A stretch of 64,000 bases of DNA from Candidatus Cloacimonadales bacterium (GCA_963663475.2 CAXXJV010000001.1:1792001-1856000), one strand, 5' to 3'. Shown: positions 11,001 to 20,441, numbered from the stretch's first letter. Program-made: numbers and translations. Notes: a model not told the origin generated them from the letters alone.

Positions 11001-11021
11001 ATGGATAAGGTGTTGAAATAA
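8013..11021 (+). CDS. res: Type III restriction endonuclease subunit (Res)
   Basis: EMETGTGKT, IIIDEPQ, YSATH, LREGWDNPN, QEIGRGLR, C-terminal YNPDW...IAETKG nuclease motif. Confidence 0.95.
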   Translation: MKLKFKQTHYQAEATQAVVRCFQGQEKGFRKETVDRSDLFAREIFSNKKIELSDEDILKNVQELQKEQGLRVNPTLQGREFSIEMETGTGKTYVYIKTMYELNKKYGWSKFIVMVPSIAIREGVYKSFQITEDHFQEIYGKRIRYNIYNTQNKSNLTNIKSFAETSNIEVMIMNYQAFATTSKESRKIYQKLDSLQSEKPIDIIKRARPIIIIDEPQRFGDKADKIFKERVFNQLFILRYSATHKADKEFSKIYRLDAIDAFNQKLVKKINVKGIEVLENKGTNSYLFLDRIQVSKTTNPFAWLEIEVKQASRITKKIVKVEERDRLLDKSNNLTQYDGYVVKEINALKNSLSFLNGIEIFVGQTLGDVSEEHLRRIQIRETIKSHLEKEKTLYPKGIKVLSLFFIDEVSKYRHYEGSDELKGEYAKIFEEEYLQAITEIDAFAPEYNKYLDRLRADQVHNGYFSIDKKGKLINSKEKRGQEGSDDVSAYDLIMKDKERLLSLHEPTRFIFSHSALREGWDNPNIFQICTLKHSQSTISKRQEIGRGLRICVNSQGERMDSSVLESDFFNINTLTVVASESYDSFAKELQNEIVKSLSDRPIMLSTSILLNRIITNEKGEKYEFDENTAMDFIFSLKMNGYLDDKYFITEDLIKDIEEDKFQVPESIQPFKFEVGNILQQIYQTKNYSATGDERKNNIKEAILQPNENFAKQEFKDLWNKIKIKTVYEVDFDSQELISKCIQRIDNELDVKLVMIKVTQGSQADKIDADALRSGTSLNKGKSYVNKADSLLGSLKYDLLNEILMETNLTRKTIAKILKGIRQDKFYQFRVNPEDFIKKVSDIINEEKSTTLINNITYSKIDQVHEDNIFTINNFQGSLEDNILKVKKHIYDYVKTDSQTERKFAQDLETGQVAIYAKLPRGFYIPTPIGNYNPDWAIVFDTDSFKYIYFIAETKGSMKTLQLKEIEKLKINYAKKHFEALNTSNVKYDVITNYQDLMDKVLK

Positions 11022-11318
11022 AAAAGATCTTTACTTTTACGGAATACAAGCTTACCTAATCATGAAAGATACTTTGAAGAAAAGCAATATTAATTTCCTA
11101 CTTATGGGATTGTGAAACAGACGGGAAATGATATGAAAAAAAGTTGAATAAATGATATAATAAATGCTAATTTATTTAATACTGGACAATTTATAGTGCT
11201 AAATAATTATAATTTAGCTGTGGAAAAAATATTTAAAACTGGACAGCTATCTAGAAGCTTTCATTATTGAACTAAGATAAGCTTCTGCTGAAGATATTAA
11301 AATCAAATAGAGGAATTT

Positions 11319-13955
11319 ATGGAACTTTTTAAAAATGGAAGTAAATGGTTAAAAGCGGATTTTCACTTGCATACTAATGCAGATAAAAAATTTCTATATA
11401 ATAATAATTGTGAACATCCTGAAAAGAATACATTTCCCAATGATTTTGTAGAGAAGCTTTTTCTGCAAAATATAAGGATAGGTGTGATAACAAATCACAA
11501 TAAATTTGATTTTGAAGAGTTCAAATCCATAAGGAAAAAAGCCAAGCATAAAGATATTTTTATCTTACCAGGTGTAGAATTATCAATTAATGAAGGAGCT
11601 AATGGAATTCATACATTAATTGTCTTTTCTGAACAATGGATAGAAAATGGGAAAAACTATATTTCATCTTTTTTAACTTCCATGTTTCCAGGTAAGACAG
11701 AAAGCGAATACAACAATGAAAACGGTAGAAGTGAAAAGAACCTATTACAAGTACTCGAAGAATTAAATAAAAATAACAGAGATTATTTTATAGTATTTGC
11801 TCATGTTGAACAAAGAAATGGATTATGGAAAGAGTTGGGGGGAGGTCGCTTAGGCGACCTATCGGAAAATAGATATTCTTCACTTAGACAAAAAACATTA
11901 GGATTCCAAAAAGTCAGGAATGATGATTTACGAGAAAAAGTAAAGCTATGGCTAAAAGATTGGTACCCAGCTGAAGTAGAAGGATCAGATTGTAAAAAAA
12001 TTGAGGAGATTGGAGATAAATCAGGAGAGACTTGGATTAAAGTCGGAGACTACTCTTTTGAAGCTGTAAAATATGCTCTAATTGACTATAAAAATAGGCT
12101 TTCAAATATTAAACCAGCAGACCTTAAACACTCTTATCTAGAGAGCATCTCGTTTACAGGTGGTCTCTTGAACCAGCAAACTTTTAACTTCTCTCCAGAA
12201 CTTAATTCGTTAATAGGCATAAGAGGCAGTGGAAAATCTTCAGTTATTGAAGCAATAAGATATGTTTTAGACATACATTTTGGAGATAAAGCAATTGATA
12301 AGTCTTATAAAGAAGGATTAATAAATCATACTCTTAAAAGTGGTGGTAAGGTTTCTGTCATTGCTAAAGATAGGTTGGGCAATAAGTACGAAATATCGCG
12401 TGTTCTCAATGAAGCGCCTGAGGTTTTCATTAATGGGCAATTAAAATCAGGTATTTCAATAACTAAAACAATTATTCATAAACCTATTTATTTTGGACAA
12501 AAAGATTTATCTAGCACTGGAGAAGGATTTGAAAAAGATTTAGTAGAGATATTAGTTGAACATAAACTAATAGGAATAAGAGAAAAAATTGAATCAAAAA
12601 AGAATGATGTTATTAGTAATTGTATCGAACTTGAAAAACTAACTGATGTAGATAAAAAAATAAAAGATAATACCTCTAGAAAAGAGGATGCTGAATACAG
12701 ACTGAAAATATATAAAGACAATGGTATTGAAAACAAACTACAAGAACAATCAAGTTTTGAGTCGGATTTAAGGAAAATACAGGATATTTTAGAAAGTATA
12801 GAATGTTTTAGTAATGATTTTAAACAAGTAATTGATAGCCATGAAGATGAATTAAAAAACCAGACACTTTACAAATCAAAGTTTAACTCAGATTACTTTG
12901 CTGAATTCTTTTCAGAATACAGTAAAATAATATCTAATTTTGACAATCTTAAATCATATACAATTAAAATTGAAGAAATAACTAATATATTACTCAAAAA
13001 GAAAAGTGATTTTGAGAAATTAAAAAAGAGTAAACGGGATGCTTTTGAAGAAGTCAGAAGAAATCTTGAAGTCGAACTGCAAAAGAGTGGAAAGAGTCTT
13101 GACTTAGAAGAATTTCCCAAGATCGAGAAGACTATTGAAACTACTACAAAATTACTAAAGAGTCTGCAAATAGAGCAAACTAGAAAACAAGAACTTAGAA
13201 ATATGCTCAAAGAGAATTTGTCAGAGCTGAACAAACTTTATCATCACGAATTTTCTCTGATTAAAGAAGAGTTAGATATAATTAACGCTAAAAATAGTTC
13301 TTTACGAATTGAAGCGCAATATAAAGGAGATAAAGATGCTTTCCTCAAATTTTTCAAAGATGAATTTAAAGGAAGCAAGATTTGGGAAATTTCTTTACAA
13401 AGCATTGTTAAAGAATATTCTGATTTTTCAGCAATATACAATAATATTGAAAAAGTTTTATCTTCATTAACTTCATCTTCTGAGACTTTTACAAAATTCT
13501 TCTATTACAACATTAAAGAGTTGTTAACCTGGCAAGTACCAAACAAATTTACTATTACTTATCGTGGTAAAGAGCTTATTCATCATTCTCTAGGTCAAAG
13601 AGCATCTGCACTAATTCTTTTTGTTCTAAGCCAAAATGAAAATGATTTGATAATTATTGACCAACCTGAAGATGATTTAGATAATCAAACAATTTATGAA
13701 GAAGTAATAAAATTACTAAGAACACTGAAGATAAAAACTCAGTTTATTTTTGCAACTCATAATGCAAATTTCCCTGTTTTAGGAGATAGTGAAAAGATTT
13801 TTTCCTTTAAATATGAAGATGAAAAGATTACTTTTACTGAGGGCAGTATTGATAGTCCATTAATGCAACATGAAATTGTTGATATAATGGAAGGTGGAGA
13901 AGATGCATTTAATAAAAGAAAGGAAATTTATAATATATGGAAACCTCTGAGTTAA
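11319..13955 (+). CDS. PHP-domain + coiled-coil ABC-type ATPase (TrlF/Ppl-like)
   Basis: DFHLHT, ITNHN, GVEL, AHV, GSD; Walker A GIRGSGKS, signature SLGQR, IIDQPEDDLDN, THN. Confidence 0.85.
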   Translation: MELFKNGSKWLKADFHLHTNADKKFLYNNNCEHPEKNTFPNDFVEKLFLQNIRIGVITNHNKFDFEEFKSIRKKAKHKDIFILPGVELSINEGANGIHTLIVFSEQWIENGKNYISSFLTSMFPGKTESEYNNENGRSEKNLLQVLEELNKNNRDYFIVFAHVEQRNGLWKELGGGRLGDLSENRYSSLRQKTLGFQKVRNDDLREKVKLWLKDWYPAEVEGSDCKKIEEIGDKSGETWIKVGDYSFEAVKYALIDYKNRLSNIKPADLKHSYLESISFTGGLLNQQTFNFSPELNSLIGIRGSGKSSVIEAIRYVLDIHFGDKAIDKSYKEGLINHTLKSGGKVSVIAKDRLGNKYEISRVLNEAPEVFINGQLKSGISITKTIIHKPIYFGQKDLSSTGEGFEKDLVEILVEHKLIGIREKIESKKNDVISNCIELEKLTDVDKKIKDNTSRKEDAEYRLKIYKDNGIENKLQEQSSFESDLRKIQDILESIECFSNDFKQVIDSHEDELKNQTLYKSKFNSDYFAEFFSEYSKIISNFDNLKSYTIKIEEITNILLKKKSDFEKLKKSKRDAFEEVRRNLEVELQKSGKSLDLEEFPKIEKTIETTTKLLKSLQIEQTRKQELRNMLKENLSELNKLYHHEFSLIKEELDIINAKNSSLRIEAQYKGDKDAFLKFFKDEFKGSKIWEISLQSIVKEYSDFSAIYNNIEKVLSSLTSSSETFTKFFYYNIKELLTWQVPNKFTITYRGKELIHHSLGQRASALILFVLSQNENDLIIIDQPEDDLDNQTIYEEVIKLLRTLKIKTQFIFATHNANFPVLGDSEKIFSFKYEDEKITFTEGSIDSPLMQHEIVDIMEGGEDAFNKRKEIYNIWKPLS

Positions 13956-15094
13956 TAGAAATAATTGCAAGAGATGAGGATAGTAGGCACCAGTTTAAAG
14001 CAGATTTAACTAATGAAGTTTCTGCAGGTCAAGAAATGGTTGCATTTAGTAATACAAAGGGTGGTATGTTAATCATTGGAGTGTCAAATGATGGGCAAAT
14101 TTCAGGACTTAATAGAGATGATATGAATAGATTAAACAATCTTATATCAAATGCAGCATCTCAACAAGTAAAACCTGCAATAAATCCTATTACTGAGAAT
14201 ATCCAACTACCTGAAGGATTGGTAATGGTTGTACATATTCCTCAAGGTATCTCAAAGCCATATATGGATAAAAATGGTGTAATCTGGGTTAAAAGCGGTG
14301 CTGATAAACGAAAAGCAACTTCTCGAGAAGAAATTCAGCGAATATATCAGAGTGCTGGGCTGATACATGGGGATGAGATTTTAGTTCCTAATATGTTAAT
14401 CACAGATATGGAACTAGATTATTTTAAGTCCTATTTCTTGAAAAGATTTAACAAAAACATTGATGATATTGAACTTCCATTAAAAACAATTATCTCAAAT
14501 TTGAACTTGGGAAGAGATGGCTTTTTAAATATAGCTGGAGCTTTACTCTTTGGTAAAAATAACTCTTTTAAACTTCCATCCTTTATAGTTAAATGTGTTG
14601 CTTATCCAAGTAATGTCATATCAGTTAAAGAATACAGGGATAGTGAAGACATTTCGGGTATAATTGAAAATGTTTATAGAATGATACTAAGTTTCATTAC
14701 CAGAAATTTACAGAAGGTTCAAAAAATTCAAAGTATAAATTCCATAGGCGAATTAGAGATCCCAAAAGTAGTTTTTGAAGAGCTGATTGCTAATGCTTTA
14801 ATTCACAGAGATTATTTTATCTCTGCACCAATCAGAATTTTTATCTTTTCTGATAGAATTGAGATAATTAGCCCAGGACATCTTCCCAATAATTTAACTA
14901 TAGAAAATATTAAAAATGGAAACTCAAATCAACGAAATCCAATACTTACTTCTCATGCTACTCATATTTTACCTTATAGAGGGCTAGGTACAGGTATTAT
15001 CAGAGCAGTTACTGCTTATAAAGATATATCATTTATCGATGACAGGGATAGTAATATCTTCAAAGTTGTAATAATGAGACCAAATAAGAGCTAA
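13937..15094 (+). CDS. Schlafen/AlbA_2 domain + HATPase_c_4 domain protein
   Basis: EDSRHQFK, VAFSNTKGGMLIIGV; EELIANALIHRDY, DRIEIISPG, RNPIL, GLGTGI; overlaps the upstream gene by 19 nt. Confidence 0.85.
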   Translation: METSELIEIIARDEDSRHQFKADLTNEVSAGQEMVAFSNTKGGMLIIGVSNDGQISGLNRDDMNRLNNLISNAASQQVKPAINPITENIQLPEGLVMVVHIPQGISKPYMDKNGVIWVKSGADKRKATSREEIQRIYQSAGLIHGDEILVPNMLITDMELDYFKSYFLKRFNKNIDDIELPLKTIISNLNLGRDGFLNIAGALLFGKNNSFKLPSFIVKCVAYPSNVISVKEYRDSEDISGIIENVYRMILSFITRNLQKVQKIQSINSIGELEIPKVVFEELIANALIHRDYFISAPIRIFIFSDRIEIISPGHLPNNLTIENIKNGNSNQRNPILTSHATHILPYRGLGTGIIRAVTAYKDISFIDDRDSNIFKVVIMRPNKS

Positions 15095-15154
15095 TAAATT
15101 TGTCTAGTGTATTAGCTAGACAATAATGTTTATTAAGAAGCAAAAAAAATCATC

Positions 15155-15213
15155 TTAAACTAAAATAATGCATTAGACCGGAGTTCCTCAACCTAAGGTA
15201 AGGGACTTCGGAC
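15155..15213 (+). repeat. Left end of the TTAA palindrome family fused to a hairpin family 3 copy
   Basis: ttaaactaaaataatgcattag then agaccggagttcctcaacctaaggtaagggacttcggac. Confidence 0.65.
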
Positions 15214-15254
15214 CAACAACCATAATAAATCCAAAAAAAAAAAATAAAATAAAC

Positions 15255-15283
15255 TTGACACTCAAAGAAAGGTAACCTATTCT
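15255..15283 (+). promoter_or_regulatory. Putative sigma70 promoter
   Basis: TTGACA-17 nt-TATTCT, then AGGAGA RBS before 15311. Confidence 0.6.
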
Positions 15284-15310
15284 TGCTTAGATAATAATTA
15301 AGGAGATCTT

Positions 15311-17353
15311 ATGTGTAGAAGTATGAAGTATATTTTTAACTTGTTGTTAGTCTGTAGTTTTTTGATAACTATTTCATGTGATGACACTACTTCCAAGCCT
15401 ACAAGTCAACTTACTAGTCCAAGCTTTTCCCTTAATGCAGGATTATACAATGATATTCTCGAAATTGAATTAAATCATGAAAATCCTCAAGCTCAAATCT
15501 ATTACACACTAGATGGGAGCCTGCCTTCAGAAAATTCACAACTCTACCAAGAAGCAATCTTAGTAGTTGCTACAACAACAATCAAAGCTATTGCCTATCA
15601 TTCATCTTACAAAGCTAGTGAAGTTAATAGTAAAACCTTTTGGCTCAATCTAACCCCAGTTCAAGATCCTATTTTTGTTACAGAACCAGGAACTTATTAT
15701 TATGAGGAAACAATTGCTTTAGAGTGTCCAACTCAAGGTGCTGATATCTTTTACACCTTAGATGGAAGCCAACCTAGCCAAGAATCTCAAAAGTATGAAC
15801 AAGCTTTTTTAATCACAGAAAGTTATACTGTGAAAGCAAGAGCATACAAACAATATTATCCCTCAAGTGAAACAGTTACAGCTAATTATGAAATTACCCT
15901 TCCAAGTGTTGCTGTTCCAACTTTTACCCCTTCTCCAGGACTTTATGATTTGAATCAAACTGTTTCTCTTCATTCGGCTACTCAAGCTGCAGCAATCTAC
16001 TATACTATTGATGGTTCTCAACCTACAATAAATTCTCTTTTGTATAATGAACCCTTGTATATTGACTCTTCAATTACAATCAAAGCTATTGCTGTTAAAG
16101 AAGATTATCTGAATAGTCCAATGGTTGCAGGACAGTATATTATTGAATATCAGACAGTCGCAGCACCTGAATTTTCCTTAGAACCAGGTTATTATCTTGG
16201 TAGCCAAACTGTTAGCATTGAGACAGCAACTCCTTCTGCGTCAATATATTACACTTTAGATTCGAGTCAACCTAGTCAAGCATCCCAACTTTACTCTAAT
16301 CCTATTGAAATAAGTGAACCAACCACAATCAAGGCTATAGCTTTCAAAGAATTTTTTTATGATAGTCCAATCGTGTCTGCTGAATATAAAGTCTATCAAG
16401 AAGCTGTAGAAAATCCTATTCTAGATCCTCCCCCAGGTAATTATATTGGAATGCAAGTTGTAACTTTATCTTGTTCCACTCCTGGAGCACAGATTTACTA
16501 TACTGTAAATGGAACCATACCTACAGAAAGTTCTTATCTCTATATTGCACCTCTAAGTATCAGTCAAACTACTGTTCTAAATATCAGAGCTTTCGCACCT
16601 GGATACTACCCTAGTGAAATTCAGGGATCTCGTTATCTTATAGGAAATCCAGCACCAAATGACTTTGTTTTTGTGGAAGGGGGAAGTTTTAGTAATTATA
16701 TAGCTGATGTAACGATAAGTTCCTTCTATATATCAAATCATGAGATTACCCAAGCTGATTATTTCTCAACAATGGGCTTTTGGCCTGACGCACCTAATGG
16801 CTTTGGTGCTTATCACCCTGCCTATTACTTAACCTGGTATGAAGTAGTAGCCTATTGTAATGCTAGATCTATTGAAGAAGGGTTAGTACCTTGCTATAAT
16901 CTTTCCAACTGGTCATGTGATTACGAGGCTACTGGTTATAGATTACCTACTGAAATGGAGTGGATGTATGCTGCTAAAGGTGGCAACTTTCAACCAGAAA
17001 CAGATTATAACACTTATGCCGGAACAGATAATCCTAACCTCTTAATCGATTATGCTTGGTATAATATGCTAGCTAACAATAGTTGTTATCAGGTCAGAGG
17101 AAAGTTAGCAAATCAGCTAGGCCTCTATGATATGTCTGGAAATGTTTATGAATGGTGTAATGATTGGTATGGTAACTATAGTACTGAAAATCAAACAAAT
17201 CCAACTGGACCTGAGACAGGGGACAGTAAAGTTATCAAAGGTGGTGCTTGGAATACCTGGTCAGATGCTTGCAAAATTACTTCAAGAGATCATGCAGATC
17301 CAGCAATTTCATCAAATAATATCGGTTTTAGATTGGTTAGGAGGACTTACTAA
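15311..17353 (+). CDS. Lipoprotein with 5 chitobiase/beta-hexosaminidase C-terminal (Fn3-like) repeats and a C-terminal FGE-sulfatase (CLec-fold) domain
   Basis: Lipobox-like ITISC; five IYYT(L/I/V)(D/N)GSxP-type repeats; YRLPTEMEW, GLYDMSGNVYEWC, IGFRLVR. Confidence 0.85.
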   Translation: MCRSMKYIFNLLLVCSFLITISCDDTTSKPTSQLTSPSFSLNAGLYNDILEIELNHENPQAQIYYTLDGSLPSENSQLYQEAILVVATTTIKAIAYHSSYKASEVNSKTFWLNLTPVQDPIFVTEPGTYYYEETIALECPTQGADIFYTLDGSQPSQESQKYEQAFLITESYTVKARAYKQYYPSSETVTANYEITLPSVAVPTFTPSPGLYDLNQTVSLHSATQAAAIYYTIDGSQPTINSLLYNEPLYIDSSITIKAIAVKEDYLNSPMVAGQYIIEYQTVAAPEFSLEPGYYLGSQTVSIETATPSASIYYTLDSSQPSQASQLYSNPIEISEPTTIKAIAFKEFFYDSPIVSAEYKVYQEAVENPILDPPPGNYIGMQVVTLSCSTPGAQIYYTVNGTIPTESSYLYIAPLSISQTTVLNIRAFAPGYYPSEIQGSRYLIGNPAPNDFVFVEGGSFSNYIADVTISSFYISNHEITQADYFSTMGFWPDAPNGFGAYHPAYYLTWYEVVAYCNARSIEEGLVPCYNLSNWSCDYEATGYRLPTEMEWMYAAKGGNFQPETDYNTYAGTDNPNLLIDYAWYNMLANNSCYQVRGKLANQLGLYDMSGNVYEWCNDWYGNYSTENQTNPTGPETGDSKVIKGGAWNTWSDACKITSRDHADPAISSNNIGFRLVRRTY

Positions 17354-17366
17354 GCATCTTGTGAGT

Positions 17367-17446
17367 TTAACCGTAATGGCGCAGTAGAACTTTGATGAAG
17401 AGTGCTAAAAGAAGATAGTGCTATTCGCAAAGATCTACTGCATTAA
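17367..17446 (-). repeat. TTAA palindrome family, short copy F (reverse orientation)
   Basis: Reverse complement closely matches 33790-33892. Confidence 0.8.
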
Positions 17447-17512
17447 ACTATTCATCCCCTTTTGGGATTCAAGACTTATCCCTGACTTGAACTTGAGCCT
17501 GCTTTTTGTTGG

Positions 17513-17600
17513 AGACCAGACTTCCTCAGCCGTAGGCAAGGGACTTCGGGTGAAGAGTGTCGGAAGTCGCTACTCCGTGAGCAAGTCTCGTCACTCTTCA
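17513..17600 (+). repeat. Hairpin family 3 copy plus adjacent tgaagagtg...cactcttca hairpin
   Basis: agaccagacttcctcagccgtaggcaagggacttcgg resembles 15175-15213 and the reverse complement of 29798-29836. Confidence 0.75.
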
Positions 17601-17695
17601 TATAATCTTACTTGTAACTTTCTATTATTCAAGCAATATGCTATAATGAAAGTCTCTTATTTACCAGCAGACTTGAACAAGAGCCATTAATTAAG

Positions 17696-17865
17696 TTAAA
17701 CCCAAATAATGCAATAGATCTTTGTGAATAGCACTATATTCTTCTGCAAAAGTAACTTCCATAATTTCTCCGAATATATAAAATATATGCGTCAAAATTC
17801 TGTAAGCTATTTTGCTAGAATAATCTGCACTCTTCACTAAAGCTCTACTACACTATCTGGGTTAA
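17696..17865 (+). repeat. TTAA palindrome family, full-length copy A (MITE-like, about 170 bp)
   Basis: Near-identical to 27738-27906 and 49464-49633; long imperfect terminal inverted repeats. Confidence 0.9.
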
Positions 17866-17874
17866 AATATAAAT

Positions 17875-17905
17875 AAAGGGACACATTCGATTGTGTCCCT
17901 ATTTA
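17875..17905. terminator. Rho-independent terminator-like hairpin between convergent genes
   Basis: agggacaca-ttcgat-tgtgtccct flanked by A/T-rich runs. Confidence 0.6.
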
Positions 17906-17951
17906 TGTTTGAGTTTATTATCCTTTAACCCAGATACTTGACTATCTTGGC

Positions 17952-19814
17952 TTAATCACTCCATGGATTCTCGGTAAGGGAAGAATCATAATTATATATC
18001 CAATCTTGATTTTCTTGACCACCAGATGTTACCCAACCAGAGAAATCTGGATAAGCTCTGAAAATAGGAATATTTTCTTTAACTGCAGGAACCCAGCTAT
18101 CAGTTGAGAAGTAAAGGGCCCAAGGGTAATTGTTTTCAGTTTTATACCAGTTACCTGAGAAGAGGAGAGAAGCATCGTCACCAGTTCCAAAAGAATCCAT
18201 GTTAGCATATTCTGTAGGAGGATAACCAGGAAGATGGACTTCTAAGCTTCTATTGTTACTTCTAAACAAGAAGAAGTCTGGGATAGGATTTTCAGGTTGT
18301 GGTTCATTAGGGTCAAAATAAATTCTGATAGACATATCATCGCCTTGAGTTAAATCCATTTGTCCAATATCATGAATAAGAACAGCAGTATTTGAAGCAA
18401 ATTTATCAATATAGGTCATAGTTGACCAATCACCATTAGCTTGACCATTAGACCAGTTTGTTGGTAAAGAATAGGCTACTACAGAATTGAGCATATTCCC
18501 TTCGTCAAAAGGAATATAACTTGTTGAGGATATAGTAGATTGTGTATCTAAAAAACGAAGAGCAAGTCCATTATGCAGACTAGCCCCAGCCTTCATTACT
18601 TTTAAATAAAGGTCGAAATAGACTATTTTATTGTCTGCATTCACTTTAAATTCTGAGTCTGAAATGTAAATATAAAGATCATTAAAGTCATAATCACCCT
18701 TATCAGGCCAAAGATCTTCATACATGATAAAACCACCAGGAACTGAAATTTCACCAGCTATATTAGGATTTCCAGGTTCTGAATCTTCAGAATTAGCTAC
18801 ACCATCTCCATCAGAATCAATTGCTGAAACTTCTGTATCATATAAGGTTACTAACCAGTTATCTAAACGAACATTACCTTGCAGACCATTGTATTGGCCA
18901 ATAATAACCAAATACTTAGCATTATTCAAATTATTATTAGTTCTGTCAGAGAAAAATCTATCTGTATTGGTATAAGTCCAAGGTGACCATGGAAAGAAAC
19001 TAAGATAGTTCATATTCTCATCTAAAAATATGTAAGTATTAGTTATGTATGAACCATATGGGCAGTCATTTAAATCAGCAGTATCTGGCCTTTTGGCTCC
19101 TTCTAAATTTTCATTAAAATAATCATATCCTTCTACATCAATAGTTTGCATAATAACCCAGTCCGTACCTAAAATTAGATAATCTGTAAGTCCATCTGAT
19201 TCTTTTTGAATAGAACCACTTCCATTAGGATTGAATTTAGTTTTGTGCCAGCCTGTGTTTGCTGGTGGAACTTGAGTAGGAATATGAATGTTATTATTAT
19301 CAATGAAAGGTTGAATGATCCAAGGAGAGATATCATTAATTGTTAAAAAGTCTGAATTATCATCATCAATTTCTCCTGCAAAATAGGGATCTTGATTTGC
19401 TTGATAAGCAAAACGTTGATTATCAGAAGTTGGAACTAGGATATTATGTTCTTTAGTTGAAGTTGAAATCTCCTGAGAGAAATTGAAGGCCGGAAGCTCA
19501 ATTATTAAGTTATCGAAACCTATAACCGAATTAATATTCATTTCTAAATTTCCATCAATAACAAATTTACGAGCTAAAACATCACGATTGTGACGGACAA
19601 TTACTAAGTTTTTACCTGTAATATTAGGTCCATCAATGGTAATGTTCAGCTTGATATAATCTAAATTTGTCCAGTTAAAATCATCAGGAATATCTAAATT
19701 TTGATAATCTTCTGCTGGAGAAGTTGAATTATCATCGCTACATCCCACTATACCCAAAACTAATAGTCCTGTAAGTAAGATTAGAAAAAAAGTTCTTCTC
19801 ATAATAAACTCCAT
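17952..19814 (-). CDS. LruC/DUF4842 domain lipoprotein
   Basis: Lipobox IVGC; YEDLWPDKGDYDFNDL, EVHLPGYPPT, YPWAL, AYPDFSGWVTSGG; start may be 19802. Confidence 0.8.
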   Translation of the reverse strand: MEFIMRRTFFLILLTGLLVLGIVGCSDDNSTSPAEDYQNLDIPDDFNWTNLDYIKLNITIDGPNITGKNLVIVRHNRDVLARKFVIDGNLEMNINSVIGFDNLIIELPAFNFSQEISTSTKEHNILVPTSDNQRFAYQANQDPYFAGEIDDDNSDFLTINDISPWIIQPFIDNNNIHIPTQVPPANTGWHKTKFNPNGSGSIQKESDGLTDYLILGTDWVIMQTIDVEGYDYFNENLEGAKRPDTADLNDCPYGSYITNTYIFLDENMNYLSFFPWSPWTYTNTDRFFSDRTNNNLNNAKYLVIIGQYNGLQGNVRLDNWLVTLYDTEVSAIDSDGDGVANSEDSEPGNPNIAGEISVPGGFIMYEDLWPDKGDYDFNDLYIYISDSEFKVNADNKIVYFDLYLKVMKAGASLHNGLALRFLDTQSTISSTSYIPFDEGNMLNSVVAYSLPTNWSNGQANGDWSTMTYIDKFASNTAVLIHDIGQMDLTQGDDMSIRIYFDPNEPQPENPIPDFFLFRSNNRSLEVHLPGYPPTEYANMDSFGTGDDASLLFSGNWYKTENNYPWALYFSTDSWVPAVKENIPIFRAYPDFSGWVTSGGQENQDWIYNYDSSLTENPWSD

Positions 19815-19824
19815 TATTTTTTTG

Positions 19825-19912
19825 TTAAGCTAAGTAGTGCACTAGGATTTTAGGAAGGTATGCAGAAGAATATTCTGCTATTCACAAAAGCCTAATATAC
19901 TATTTGAATTAA
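19825..19912 (-). repeat. TTAA palindrome family, diverged short copy K
   Basis: Reverse complement contains tttgtgaatagcagaatattcttctgca, identical to part of copy C. Confidence 0.7.
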
Positions 19913-19943
19913 ATTTTAATCAAATATTTCAAAATAGCTAATT

Positions 19944-20441
19944 TTATTTTAGTACATCACTTACAGTTGCAGACATAGATGCAGGAAAGGCTACTATGAT
20001 AATTCTTTTTAAAGCAAGAATGTTATCTATCCCCCAGGGACATTTATTGAGGATTGTAAGTATGATAGCTACAACTGATATGGATATAAAATAAGTAGAT
20101 AAAACTCTTATAATATATTGAGTCATATTATTTTTAAGATAAAATCTATAAAAATTAAAGTAAACAAAAAGGGAAATAAAGAAAATTGAGATTAGAGATA
20201 AGACTAAAACATTTATCAAAGGTAACTCTTGGCCTAACTCCCAGGTCTCGGCTGTAAAGGCCATGGGAATTGCCAGTAGGGATGAACCTACTAAGACTTG
20301 TAGCAGGTCTCTGGGTCTAAACTCAACCATTAAAGGCCTTAAAAGATGACTTAGCACGTTGCCTGTCTCATCCTTGACTGGTGTGACTTTGTATAAATAA
20401 CCACCTATCCTTTTAACTTTTGTTTCATTTTTATGATTCAT
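19944..20441 (-). CDS. DUF2391 family membrane protein
   Basis: LMVEFRPRDLLQVLVGS...IPMAFTAETW...FPASMSAT; four TM segments. Confidence 0.7.
   Translation of the reverse strand: MNHKNETKVKRIGGYLYKVTPVKDETGNVLSHLLRPLMVEFRPRDLLQVLVGSSLLAIPMAFTAETWELGQELPLINVLVLSLISIFFISLFVYFNFYRFYLKNNMTQYIIRVLSTYFISISVVAIILTILNKCPWGIDNILALKRIIIVAFPASMSATVSDVLK

Noticed and set aside
17127-17690. ORFs 17127-17387 and 17418-17690
   Set aside because: The first is an alternative frame of the FGE gene; the second runs through repeat hairpins with no clear RBS.
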